Source: an uncultured Pseudomonadota bacterium
Lineage (GTDB): Bacteria > Oederibacteriota > Muellerivitia > Muellerivitales > Muellerivitaceae
Reading direction: 5' to 3'
DNA length: 64,000 bases
Assembly: GCA_963843375.1 (NCBI GenBank)
Contig: CAWJKT010000011.1
Span: 256,001 to 320,000 of the forward strand
A program made the position numbers and the translations under genes. Of the stretch, positions 39,431-52,000 are shown piece after piece. The first letter of the stretch is position 1, and each line of letters starts with the position of its first letter. The notes under the pieces were generated by a model that saw nothing but the letters and a program-made list of their open reading frames with translations, was not told where the DNA came from and did no database searches.

Positions 39431-42400
39431 TTGAAATTTTCTGTTTGTGCCCTTAAAAACGGTTTAAACCATTTATCCTCGAAATTAACAGGATACGCCC
39501 GATTTCTTGGATTCCTATTCCTTCTCTTATTACCCTCGCATTCCCAAGCTAATGTTCCCGGTGGCGGCACTGGCACCGGGGCTAATGTCACGGTTACGAC
39601 CAACGGCACGAACGTTACCCTGGCCAACGGCATTGTCTCTTTTGTCATCGACACGACCAATGGGAATATCACTAGTTTCATTTACAACGGCGTAGACCTT
39701 TTGACCGGAGGCGATGGCGGAGCCGGGGGATATTTTTACTACGACAACTCCGGCGGACCTGTTCTGACGAATCCGGTTTATACGCTGACCGTGAACCCCG
39801 CGAACAACGGAGGCGACCAGGCGGAAGTATGGCTACAGTCGACGGAAAGCCCCATGGACATGGCCGTCTATTACGACATGTTGCGTGGACAACAGGGTAT
39901 CTATGATACGGTGATCTTCACTCATGAGGCCAGCTACCCCGACTATCCGGGAGCTGAACTGCGTTCCGATATGTACGTGGGCTCCATTTTTGACTGGCTG
40001 GTCGTGGATCCCTATCGTTTTCGCCAGATGGCGTCGCCGACTGACACAACGGTGGCCGTGCCAGGCGCGCCCCGGAAGTAATGCAGTGGACCAGCGGAAT
40101 CTATAACGGATTCACGAATTGCAAGTATTCCTACAGCGCTCCTTTGGGAGAACTCAACACCTGGGGCTGGGCTTCCTCAACTACCAATTACGGGATCTGG
40201 CAGACGGTCCCCAGCCACGAATATAACGACGGTGGACCTCTTCACCGGGAGCTCACCGAGCATATCGGTAACACGCTGCTGAACATGTTCGGGGGCGATC
40301 ACTACGGTTTCGGTTCCACTCAGGATCAGCCCGCCGGCACTTTCTCAACCAAGACCTTCGGTCCGGCTTTTATTTACCCCAATCAGTACACAGGTTCCTC
40401 CAGCGATCCGGTTTCCTTGAAGGCCCAGGTTCTTTGGGCCGACGCACAGGCGCAAGCTGCCGCCGAACAAGGCGCCTGGCCCTACACTTGGTTCAATCCC
40501 CAGCCGGTGGCCGGAGCGGCTTCTAGCGTTGTTTATACCCAGGCATCCGGCCGCGGTACAGTGAGCGGCAACCTAGCCATAAGCGACCCCTATAACCCGG
40601 GTATCTCGCCTGTGAGCATCTGGGTTGGATTGGCCCCGCTTGACGGTGGGGTGGATTTCCAGCAGCAATACCTGACCTACCAGTTCTGGGTTCAGACGGG
40701 ATCGGGTGGCAGTTTCACCATCCCCAACGTGCTGCCGGGCACCTATAACCTCTGGGCCTTCGGCTCCGGTGTTGTTGGAACCTACGAAGACGCGAATATC
40801 ACAGTGACCGCAGGCCAGTCTCTGAACCTGGGGACTCTCACTTGGTCGCCTCTGCGTCTGGGACCCACGGTGTGGGATATTGGAATTCCGGATAGGGATT
40901 CGAATGAATTCAACGGCGGGAACCATGACGTGACTCCCTATAGCGGTGTTCTTCCGCCCTTTGCGGGTGGAGCGCCTTACGACGTTCCGGCGACTTGGGG
41001 GGCCTTCATGGCCTATCCGGCCTTGTACCCCAACGGGGTCAGTTTTGTTGTGGGGACAAGCAACTATGCCACGGACTGGAACTATTGCCAACCGACCACA
41101 GCCGTCGTCAATGCAGGCGTTACAACCTACAACGGGTCGAGCTCCAGCATTTATTTCAACATGGCTACTGCGCCAACGGCGGCGCAAACGGCCCGACTTT
41201 ATATCGCCTTCGCCTCTGCCTTTAGTTCGGCCTGTATTCTCACGATCAACGGGACAATCCAAACCGGCACGGTCATGGGCTCCACAGACGGTACCTACAC
41301 TGCAATCACCAACCCGGCTACGGGCTTCTATCCGCCCAACTATGGCTTTGCCTGCATAGTTCGCCTGGGTTCCCAGGGCGCCTGGGGGGACGCCTACCTG
41401 GACTTTCCCGGAAACGACCTGAAGGCGGGTATGAACGAGATCAACATCGGCATGCGTCCCACCGGCACGGCCGCCAACGGCGATGGCTTTGAATATGATT
41501 ATGTACGGTTGGAATTAACGGGCTTCCAGACGCCCACCCCCACACCTTCAGGTTCCACTCCCACGAATAGTCCCACATCCACCATCACGGTCACGAGAAC
41601 TAATACGCCTACGAACAGTCCTACGTCCACGTCCACAATGACTGCGACCAATACCGCCTCTTCAACCGCCACGGCGAGCCGAACTAATACCGGCACTAAT
41701 ACTGCCACCAATACGGCGACTTACACCCCTACCCCCACGGCCTCGAATACAACCACCAAATCAGCAACTTCAACACCCACCAGTACTTTAACGAATACTA
41801 TGACCAACACAGTCACCGCATCCGCCACCAGTACCTTGACGAATACTTCCACCAAAAGCCCTACCCCAACCATCTCTAATACCGCCACCCCCACGTCTTC
41901 TTCGACGCCTATTAACACAACTACTAACACTGCCACTATGACTGCTTCGGAAACAACCACCGAGACCGCCACTAGTACCTTGACGAATACCACCACCAAA
42001 AGCCCTACCGCCACCGCCTCCAACACGGCCACCCCCACGTCTTCTTCAACGCCGACTAACACACTGGCGAATACGGCGACTCAAACAGCAACGGCCACGC
42101 CTACCAATAGCTTTGTTAATAGTGCCACTAACACTGCTACTTCTACTTTTTCCTCTTCCACTACGAACACACCCACAGAAACCGCTACTAGTACATTCAC
42201 GAACACAACTACCAACAGCGCCACCGCAACCGTCTCAAACACTGCCACCCCAACCACTTCTTCCACGCCTACCAATACCTTAGCCTTTACTGCTACCAAT
42301 ACAGCTACTGCCACTCCAACGAGTACTTTGACCGATACCGCCACAAACAGCGCTACCGCCACTGCCTCGAATACGGTGACTAAAACGACAACTTCGACCA

Positions 42401-43332
42401 CGACTAATACATTAGCCAATACCGCCACTCAAACCGCTACGGCAACAGCGACCCATTCCGTAACGAATACCCCCACCTTTACGACAACCCCTACGGCGAC
42501 TTATACGCTGACCTCCACCTTTACGTTAACCACGACCCCCACGGAGGTGACGGTCCAAAGCTCCCAGGGCTCCAATCCTCCCATTAACTCCACCCAGGTC
42601 CCGGGTGCGGCGGGAGTCACGGTCCAGCAAATCCAGTTAACCAATCCGGGAGGGAATACGGTCACTTTGACCAGTTTAACTCTGACGGAGACGGGGGCGT
42701 CCCCTTCAGGGATCACTTCGGTGTCACTGGTGGACGATGGAACGGTTGTGTCTTCCGCCCCATTCACTGGTTCAACGGTGATCTTTAGTATTAACAATAC
42801 GATTCCCCCGAGTAATGGGGCGGTGACTTACGAAGTGGTGGTGAACTACTCGAGTAGTGCGCCAACTGGAAGCTATCAGTTCAGCGTAACAGCAGGGACC
42901 GGAACGAACGGCGAACCGGTGCTTTTCAGTGGTTTACCGGTGAGTGGAGCGACGATCACAATTGGTCTTGCCACTCTGACGCCTACCTCCACCGTGATGG
43001 CAACCTCCTCGGCTACTTCGACAGCGACCCTATCGGTTACCCCGACTCCGCAGGCCACTGTGATTGTGTATCCAAATCCAGCGACGGGTCCAGGACCGGT
43101 GACGCTTCAAATTTCTTTGGGAGCGCCCGCATCGAAAGTGACGATTGAGGTCTTTACTTTGGCCTTCAGGAAGGTGAATGAGATTAACTTGTCGAATATC
43201 CCAGCGGGCACCTTGGATGTGACCTTGCCTTTAACCGATAGGGGCGGGATCCCCCTGGCTAACGGGCTCTATTACGTCGTGATCCAGACACCCCAAGGCA
43301 GGTTTATCACAAAGCTCCTAATTATTAGATGA
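39431..43332 (+). CDS. PL4 rhamnogalacturonan lyase + Thr stalk + beta domain + CTD, 1-nt frameshift near 40072
   Basis: VTLANGIV, CKYSYS, EYNDGGP, RGTVSG, YQFWV..FTIPNV.PGTY.LWAF, VWDIGIPDR, DWNYCQ, YDYVRLE; adding one C gives GAPPEVM. Confidence 0.87.
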
Positions 43333-43356
43333 TCCTAGTTTCAAGTGGGTTAACGG

Positions 43357-45588
43357 ATGAAAAAATACTTTTTTTCGATTTTATCGGTTTTGAGCATTCT
43401 GGCACAGGTTTCCTGCACTCGACCTATTAACGTATTGCCAACTCATCCTTATTTAAGGCCAACCGAAACCCCCACGCCTTCTGAAACACCTACAGCTTCT
43501 TCCACTGAAAGTCCATCCATCACAACAACCCTAAGTACCACGACGACCTCTTCTTCGACCAACACCCCGACTTTTTCTTCCACGATGACACCGACATCAA
43601 CTGCCACCAACACTAAAACTTCCACATCATTGCCTTCCCCCACGGATAGTTTTACAGAAACCCTTTCCCCTACGCTTTCTGTTACGCCTTCTGCGACCAC
43701 TTCCTCCACACAAACTCCCACCCACACATCTTCGCTGACCTCCACGAATACACTGGTCGCCAGCCCTACGCCCACCCCAACGCTGGTGAATACGACGACA
43801 ATGACACCGACCTCTTCCACGACGGAAACCCCTCAAAGCACTGCGACTTCATCCTTTACAGAAACGCCAATAACATCGGTTTCTTCGACATCGACTCTCT
43901 CTGCCACATCTACTCCAACGATGATTCCTACGAATACTCCTCTTCCTTCTGAAACGTTCTCACCATCATCTACTGCAACGCTTTCACCCACCGGAACCTA
44001 CACAATGTCTTCCACTCCCACTTTTTCGCCAACTGGAACTTCCACTAACACTCCAAAAGACACTTCTACCTTTACCACCACAATTACGTCTACCTCTAGT
44101 CAAACACCTTCCTCAACCACTTCATTAACAGAAACCTCTACAAGGACTGCGACTTCCACAATCACTTCCACCAATACCACACAATACACGATGACCTTTA
44201 CCTCAACGATTACATCCACTTCCAGTCGAACGTCTACCTCAACTGTAACACTGACCGCGAGTAAAACTCCTACTTTCACCCCTTCCAATACTCCGCAAAA
44301 TACTCAAACCCCTTCTTTCACGAGTTCGGGAACCCCAACCCAATCGCCTACGGGGACATCGACAGGCACAGCCACTTGGACAACTTCGCGGACGCCGTCG
44401 GAGACGATGACGAATTCGGCTACGGCCACCCCCACCTCGTCGTCTACTCCCACAGCAAGCCAAACAACCACCAATAGCCCGACTTCGACGACTTCCAGTA
44501 CGCTAACCGCCACTCCTACGGCAACCGCCACCTGCACAGCCGTCCCCGTTCCGACTCCCACGCTAGGGGTTTCTCCGGATGGTCTTCTGAACGGCTGGGA
44601 CATCTCTCTGTGGCCCACCATGCTAAGTCAGGGTGTTGTTTATAAAAATCCGGCTGCTGAAAACTTGCTTTCCATTGCCACGGACCACGGCTATAGCATC
44701 ATGCGAGTCAGACTTTGGGTGAATCCTAACGGCACCCAGGTTTATGTCAACAACCTAGCTTACGACACGGCCCTGGGAGCGCAGATCAAAGCCGCCGGGT
44801 TGAAGTTCTACCTTGATCTTCACTACTCCGATACTTGGGCCGATCCGGGAGACCAAAATATGCCCGCCGCCTGGACGGGTATTACGACGCAGGCGGCGCT
44901 GGCTCAGCAGGTGCATGATTACACCGAAAACGTCATCACGACCCTCGCTGCGGGTGGTGCCATGCCCGATTATGTGGCGGTGGGCAATGAGATCACCAAT
45001 GGCCTTTTGTTTCCCGCCACCACAGGCGGGCCGGGTGGGGAAATATCCGTTAATGGCTGGGCCAATTATGCCACCCTGATGAAAGCGGGTATCCAGGGAG
45101 TGGATGATGGAGCGGCTTCGGCTTCCGAACCGACTCCCAAGATCATCATCCATATTGACCGGGGCGGTGATTGGGCCACAACCCAGTGGTACTTTACCAA
45201 TGTTAATTCACAGGGCATCAGCTTCGATATCATCGGTGAGAGCTATTATCCCCAATACCACGGGCCCCTTTCCAACGCCCAAACCTGTCTCCCCAACGCG
45301 GCCAATATGTTTGGAAAGCCGGTTTACGTCGCGGAGACGGGATATCCCAATTCGGCGGGGGTCACGGGGACGGGCATCACCTATCCTGAAACCCCGGCGG
45401 GTCAGGCCCAGTTCCTGTCGGACTTGGTAACGACGGTTCAGGGAATTCCAAACGGCCTGGGCATGGGGATCAATTATTGGGAGCCGGAATGGCTTGAGTC
45501 GGTTGGCGGTTATCCGGCTTGGGGAGAACCTCTTTTCGACAGCGGGGGAGTTACCCTTGCCGGTGTGGCAGCCTTGGGCGGGAAATAA
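43357..45588 (+). CDS. Putative lipoprotein: N-terminal Thr/Ser stalk + GH53 endo-beta-1,4-galactanase
   Basis: Signal ending VSC; stalk ~43459-44562; RVRLWVNP, DLHYSDTWADPGDQ, VGNEI, VAETGYP, YWEP. Confidence 0.9.
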   Translation: MKKYFFSILSVLSILAQVSCTRPINVLPTHPYLRPTETPTPSETPTASSTESPSITTTLSTTTTSSSTNTPTFSSTMTPTSTATNTKTSTSLPSPTDSFTETLSPTLSVTPSATTSSTQTPTHTSSLTSTNTLVASPTPTPTLVNTTTMTPTSSTTETPQSTATSSFTETPITSVSSTSTLSATSTPTMIPTNTPLPSETFSPSSTATLSPTGTYTMSSTPTFSPTGTSTNTPKDTSTFTTTITSTSSQTPSSTTSLTETSTRTATSTITSTNTTQYTMTFTSTITSTSSRTSTSTVTLTASKTPTFTPSNTPQNTQTPSFTSSGTPTQSPTGTSTGTATWTTSRTPSETMTNSATATPTSSSTPTASQTTTNSPTSTTSSTLTATPTATATCTAVPVPTPTLGVSPDGLLNGWDISLWPTMLSQGVVYKNPAAENLLSIATDHGYSIMRVRLWVNPNGTQVYVNNLAYDTALGAQIKAAGLKFYLDLHYSDTWADPGDQNMPAAWTGITTQAALAQQVHDYTENVITTLAAGGAMPDYVAVGNEITNGLLFPATTGGPGGEISVNGWANYATLMKAGIQGVDDGAASASEPTPKIIIHIDRGGDWATTQWYFTNVNSQGISFDIIGESYYPQYHGPLSNAQTCLPNAANMFGKPVYVAETGYPNSAGVTGTGITYPETPAGQAQFLSDLVTTVQGIPNGLGMGINYWEPEWLESVGGYPAWGEPLFDSGGVTLAGVAALGGK

Positions 45589-45841
45589 CCGTCGCTGATA
45601 TTCCAAAAATCCCACTCCGTTTATTTTCATGTCTTTCTCTTCCTCATCGCAATCCGGAACCTCGATTTGGTTTCACCTAACAACAGACTGTAAACTCAAC
45701 GAAACAACCCTGAAATAGTTTCGTTCTTTCTGCATTGAAATCATCTGAATTGTGGAATAAAACTCACCTCATCTTGCTCTAAGTTATGGGTGCTCCCGCA
45801 TAGTTCCGTTTTGAAGAACGGAATCCATTCGAGGCGAAAAA

Positions 45842-48649
45842 TTGAAAAAAAATCAAAACGTTTTCGGATCGATCCGGATTTACCGAGCACTTGGTTTCTC
45901 ATTATTTTTTTACGCCGCCGCCGCTTCGAGCCAAACGATCACGATCACTTCCGCACCCTATAACGCCACAACAGGAATCGCCGATAACGCTGCTGCCATC
46001 CAGGCCGCCATCAATGCGCTGGGAACCGGTGGGACGGTTGTTGTGCCAAGCGGAACTTTCCTGAGCGGACCGCTTACCCTCAAAAGCAATATGACCTTTC
46101 AGCTTTCCGCCGGCGCGACCCTGCAGATGACAGCCATGGGCACATTTCCAACGAACACTGATTTTCTTTATGCTTCCAAGCTCACGAATATCACCATTAA
46201 CGGTAGCGGGGTTATGGACGGGCAAGGCGCCGCTTGGTGGACTGCTTTTAACGCAAGCAGTTCAGTTGAAAGGCCACCCGCTATGATCGAAGTTACCGAC
46301 TGTACGGGAGTAACTGTGACGGGGATTACTGTTCAAAATTCTCCGGAATTCCACATCCAATTTCTGGGTACGTCCTCTAATGTGCTGGCTTCGGCCTTGA
46401 GTATCACAGCGGCTTGGCCCTCGCCCAACACGGATGGAATCGATTTGCGAGGCACCAATATTAATATTGAAAACTGTTTTATCAGTGATGGTGACGATCT
46501 TGTCCAAATCGGAGGTTCGCAGTTGTCCTCCGGAGTGACGGTTCAAGGCTGTACTTTCGGAACTGGCCATGGGCTTTCCATCGGCAGTATTACTTCGGGC
46601 GGGGTAAGTAATGTAATGGTTACTAACTGCACCTTCAACGGAACCCAATACGGTATCCGTCTGAAATCGGACCGAACCAACGGCGGAGTGGTATCTAACA
46701 TCACCTATTCCAACATCACGATGAGCAATATCATGGTGAATCCCATCTTGTTCTACAGTTATTATCCCACCATTCCTTCTAGCCCGGCTACGGATACAGG
46801 TTCAACCGTTACCAGCACGACTCCTTTTTGGAACGATGTCAATTTTGAAAACATTACGGCCAGTGAAGCCACTACCTCCACCGCTAATACGGGAATCATC
46901 TGGGGTGTGCCGGAAGCCCCTGTTTCTAATGTGTTGTTTGACGCCTGTACGCTGACCGGCTCGAAAATTTTCGAAGTTTACAATACACAAGGAGTGACAT
47001 TTGATTGTAACTGCCTGATTAACGGGTTGGCTCCTTCAAACACCGCGGCGGTCACTACCTATAACGAAACTTTGGCGGGACCGGATGATGTCCAGTTTCC
47101 TGCCTGCAGTTCGAACCCGACGCCGACTTTTACCAGAACGTCCACCCCCGTTCCGGCGACAAACACTCCCACCCACACCTTTACGTCTACTCCCACGGAT
47201 ACCCCTACCGAAACTCGTACCAATACTTTGATGCCACCTACGGCCACTAGAACCAACACCCCCATCAATTCGACCAGTTTCACCCCTAGTGCCAGCGCCA
47301 CTTCAACGCCTACTCCTACGTTTACGGGTACCGCCACTCGCACGAGTACAACCACGCCGACGGCTTCGGCCACATTCTCTTCAACGGATTCCACAACACC
47401 TACTAAAACTGCCACCTATACCCCTTCCAGCACGGCTACCTTCTCAGCAACACCGACGGGAACCTCTTCCCCGACCTCTACGGCCTCTTCAACAGTTACA
47501 TCCACGGAGACTCCTACCCGTACCATTACACCCATGAATACCCCGACGTCTTCTTTAACCCCTTCCACCACAATGACCCCTTCAAACACCGAAACTCTGT
47601 CGTCCACTGTTACCCCTTCCATAACGGCGACGCCGACTTTAACTTTTACGTCTACCGCCTCCAAAACACCATCCCCGACGATCACTTCAACGGTTACCGC
47701 AGTTTCTACCGCCACCTTCATTTTCACGGCCTCTTCCACGGCCAGCAGTTCTGCCACGGACAGCCCATCGCTCACGGCGACCCGCACGGATACGCCGACA
47801 AGTACATCCACATCCATCTTCACACCAACTTTTACGGCTACTCCGACGGTTACGAATTCGATAACCGCTACTGTTACTTCCAACTTTTCCTCCACGGAAA
47901 CGCTGACATCAACCGTAACTTCGACTCCTTTCGTGACAATGTCAGTGACCTCTAGCCCAACTTATACTTCCACCGGTACGGCCACTTCCAGCCCGACTCC
48001 TTCTGGAACACCAACTATGACTCCCACGGTAACCCTAGTGCCGCCGAATACGTCCACCGAAACGGAAACCCCAACACTTACCGTGAACCCAACTTCAACG
48101 GCAACCTCCAGTCATACCACCACAGCCAGTCCGACAGCTTCGATGACATCCTCCCCTACGAATACGGGAACTGCGTCAGCCTCCTCAACTCATACAGCCA
48201 CCCTGACATCGACTTTCACAAACACCCCCACGCCTTCCTTCACGCAAACATCCACTTCGACGGCTTCGACGACACCGACCTTTACTTTTAGCGCGACCGT
48301 TACTATCACAGTCGTGGAAACAAGTACGCCAGCCACCACGATCACCTCCACGCATTCACCTACACCGCCGGCCACGGTGATTGTCTATCCCAATCCGGCG
48401 ACAGGGGCCTGCGAGGTGACTCTCCAGGTTTTCCTGGGTTCGCCCGCTTCGAAGGTTACCATTGAAGTTTTTACCGTGGCTTTCCGAAAAGTGAATGAAA
48501 TGGTTTTGTTCAATGTCCAAGCGGGAATCAGTGATATCGCCCTGCCCCTGATGGACAAACAGGGAACACCTCTCGCCAATGGACTTTACTATGTCCTTAT
48601 TCAAACGCCCCAGGTGCGGGAAATAGTTAAACTACTAGTTACTCATTAA
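45842..48649 (+). CDS. GH28 polygalacturonase-like + Thr stalk + CTD
   Basis: SPNTDGID, DGDD, GHGLSIGS, IRLKS; CTD 48377-48649. Confidence 0.92.
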   Translation: MKKNQNVFGSIRIYRALGFSLFFYAAAASSQTITITSAPYNATTGIADNAAAIQAAINALGTGGTVVVPSGTFLSGPLTLKSNMTFQLSAGATLQMTAMGTFPTNTDFLYASKLTNITINGSGVMDGQGAAWWTAFNASSSVERPPAMIEVTDCTGVTVTGITVQNSPEFHIQFLGTSSNVLASALSITAAWPSPNTDGIDLRGTNINIENCFISDGDDLVQIGGSQLSSGVTVQGCTFGTGHGLSIGSITSGGVSNVMVTNCTFNGTQYGIRLKSDRTNGGVVSNITYSNITMSNIMVNPILFYSYYPTIPSSPATDTGSTVTSTTPFWNDVNFENITASEATTSTANTGIIWGVPEAPVSNVLFDACTLTGSKIFEVYNTQGVTFDCNCLINGLAPSNTAAVTTYNETLAGPDDVQFPACSSNPTPTFTRTSTPVPATNTPTHTFTSTPTDTPTETRTNTLMPPTATRTNTPINSTSFTPSASATSTPTPTFTGTATRTSTTTPTASATFSSTDSTTPTKTATYTPSSTATFSATPTGTSSPTSTASSTVTSTETPTRTITPMNTPTSSLTPSTTMTPSNTETLSSTVTPSITATPTLTFTSTASKTPSPTITSTVTAVSTATFIFTASSTASSSATDSPSLTATRTDTPTSTSTSIFTPTFTATPTVTNSITATVTSNFSSTETLTSTVTSTPFVTMSVTSSPTYTSTGTATSSPTPSGTPTMTPTVTLVPPNTSTETETPTLTVNPTSTATSSHTTTASPTASMTSSPTNTGTASASSTHTATLTSTFTNTPTPSFTQTSTSTASTTPTFTFSATVTITVVETSTPATTITSTHSPTPPATVIVYPNPATGACEVTLQVFLGSPASKVTIEVFTVAFRKVNEMVLFNVQAGISDIALPLMDKQGTPLANGLYYVLIQTPQVREIVKLLVTH

Positions 48650-48897
48650 TGCCAAACTGAAATTTGGATTAAAGCTTGAGCTTTTATCTTCGAAGGCGTG
48701 CTGGGTTGGAAGCAAATAAAGAAGATGCGTTGCCAAACCTTTTGCAAAAAGATTTCCATCGATAGAAAGCTTTGGAAAATTTGAAAAGTTGACCGTGAAA
48801 CAGAAATTGCCATCGCTATCTTTTGAAAGGATTATCCGGTAAACTTGAACCGTTATCAGCGCTTTATTCATATTTAAATGGCTTTTAACAGGCTCAA

Positions 48898-48913
48898 ATG
48901 AAACCGGTTACAT
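48898..48913. promoter_or_regulatory. LacI-type operator candidate
   Basis: ATGAAACCGGTTACAT near-palindrome ~100 bp upstream of the GH51-like gene. Confidence 0.6.
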
Positions 48914-49009
48914 TGAATTTGGGTTTTATTGCTTTTCGACTCATAACGTTTTAGATAAGCGAATTATTTGAAAATAATTCGTTTTAAGTGTCCTTGGTCT
49001 TGAAGAGGA

Positions 49010-52000
49010 TTGGAAAAAATGCGGATCTTAAAAGTAATATTTTCAGCCCTCATTATTTTGTTTATTTTGGCAAACCTTTCTTACTTATATGCTCAGGCGA
49101 CCATTGCCGTGAACGCTGGTACAACCATTGTCACCATTCCAAACACCATTTATGGCAACAACGCACAGTATTACAACGCAGCCAACAATGGGACGAATGC
49201 CACTTACAATACCGCCATGCAAGTTTCCGGTTGCCATAACATCCGTTGGCCGGGTGGGTCCGAGGCCGATATCGTGAATTGGAATAATCTTGTTTGCGAG
49301 GATACCGGCGCCGCCACGACTCCCCAGTTCATAACTTTCCTTCAAACTATCGGTGGAACCATGCAGCCCATCGTGAATTTCAGCGGTTATTGGTGCAGCG
49401 GCGGGGCAGGGTCTGGCACCAGCACTCAATACACCTCAGCTGAAGCTGTCAGCTTAGCTGAAGCGTGGGTCACCTGGAACATGAGCAATACCGGTTCGGC
49501 CAAAGCGACCTATTGGGAAGTCGGCAACGAGACTTACGGTACTTGGGAACAGGGAGGGGGTATCAGTGGCACGGACTACGGAGTGACTTTTGCCACTTAT
49601 TACACCGGTATGAAAGCGATCGATCCCACCATCCAGATCGGGGCGGTAGCGTCGCCCGGTGCAACGGATTATAACGACTGGACATCGGAAATGCTCACCG
49701 CCGCCAAGGCCGGGGGTGTCGTTCCCGACTTCCTGATCATCCACAATTATCCTGTTACCGCCGGTGCTCCGGCGGGCCAAGCCACGGATTCTTACATCCT
49801 CAGTTATCCCGCCACTGTCGCAACCCAAACCGCCAGCTTGAACTCTATAGTTTCCTCTGCTTTAGGTAGTTCCTACGTTGGCCAAGTGAAATACTTCATG
49901 ACCGAATACAACTCCACTCTTGGACCCGACGCCCAAACCGATGAATATGTGAATGCCATGTTCGTGTCCGAATGGATACTGAATTGTGCCGAAAATGGCT
50001 GGATTGGGGCGAATCTTTGGGCCTCTTTAAACGGAGGTTCTCCTGATTATGGTTTTCTCAACGCTACCACCTATGCTCCTTACCCGGATTATTACGTTTT
50101 CCCGATGCTGACCGAAAAATTTGGAAACAGTATGGTTACCTGCTCGAGTAGTGTTACCACTGTAAATGCCCACGCAGCAATAAACACGGCGGGAGATCTC
50201 ACTCTTTATTTGGTCAATAATAGCCCGACGGCAACAATGGCCACTACGATTACCGTGGCAGGGTTTACACCCTCTTCATCGGGCCAAGCCTGGGTTATGC
50301 TGCCTTCGGGTACCAGTTCCTCGGGGGCGCCGCAAGAAGTTCCTAGTATCTCAATCAACGGCACGGTGAATCCCGCCCCCTCCAATATCGCATCCATTGC
50401 CGGAGTTGCACAAACTACCGGGTCTACTTTTACGGTAAGTCTTCAACCCAGTGAAATGGACATGATCGTTATTCCGGGTACCAGTTCAACGGGATCGACC
50501 AGTACACCCACCGAAACCCCGACCGTCACCCCCACCAACACGCCGACGAAAACAGCGACGGCTACAGCGACGAACAGTCCGACAGCCACTCGCACGAACA
50601 CCGCCACGAATACGGCCACCTCCAGCGCCACGAAGACGGCTACACCCACAATGACTAACACTGTGACCAATACAACCACCGTTACGGCCAGTTCGACTCC
50701 GACTTCCAGCCCTACCGCCACTCGCACGAACACCGCCACGAATACGGCCACCTCCAGCGCCACGAAGACGGCTACACCCACAATGACTAACACTGTGACC
50801 AATACAACCACCGTTACGGCCAGTTCGACTCCGACTTCCAGCCCTACCGCCACACGAACGAATACCGTGACGAACACGACTACTTCCAGTCCAACAAGGA
50901 CCCCCACGACGACCGCGACCAATACGGTGGTCAACACTTTGACGTCAACGCCGTCCAGTACAGCTACAGGCACGGCGACTACCACAAGGACAAATACCGT
51001 GACGAATACGACTACTTTCAGCCCAACGGACACCACTACGGCTACCGCGACCAACACGACGGCGAATACGGCGACTCAAACTCCCACGGCGACGCCTACG
51101 AATACCCTGGCTAATACCGCAACCGATACTCCGACTACGACTGCTTCAAACACCGTCACTAAAACGACGACCTCCACCCCTACGAACACCTTGGCGAATA
51201 CGGCGACTCAAACCGCTACGGCGACGCCCACCAATACTTTGGCTAATACCACAACCGACACTCCAACTACGACCGCTTCAAATACCGTGACTAAAACAAC
51301 GACGTCCACCCCCACGAACACCTTGGCGAATACGGCGACTCAAACCGTCACATCAACGCCCAGCAATACCGTGGTTAATACCCCTTCGAACACCACCACC
51401 CAAACGACGACCTTTACCCCCACGAACACCTTGGCGGATACAGCGACTCAAACTCCCACGGCGACGCCTACGAATACCTTAGCTGATAGCGCAACCAATA
51501 CACCAACCGCAACCGCTTCGAATACCGTCACTAAAACGACGACCTCCACCCCCACGAACACTTTGGCGAATACGGCGACTCAAACCGTCACATCAACGCC
51601 CAGCAATACCGTGGTTAATACCTCAACCTCCACTCCAACCGCTACCGCTTCGAACACCGCCACCAAAACAACGACTTCAACCACTACGTTAACTCCCACT
51701 GAAACATTGACGAATACCCTGACTCATACGACAACCTCCACGGCTACCACTACCGTTACTTTCACGATCACGCCGACCGCCACTCCAACGGCGGTGACAG
51801 TACAGGCTTCACAAGGATCGAACCCTCCCTCGAATTCCACTCAAGTGGCGGGAGCTTCCGGCGTGACCATACAGCAGATTCAGTTAACCAATCCGGGCAA
51901 TAATCCAGTTACCTTGAGCAGTTTGACTCTTACGGAAGCAGGGACTTCGCCCACGGGAATCACTTCCGTATCGCTTGTGGACGATGGGACGATTATTTCC

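Noticed and set aside
40079..40083. TAATG overlap suggesting PL4 is two coupled genes
   Set aside because: The break falls inside PL4 domain I, the second ORF has no signal peptide, and one extra C in a C run restores a continuous frame
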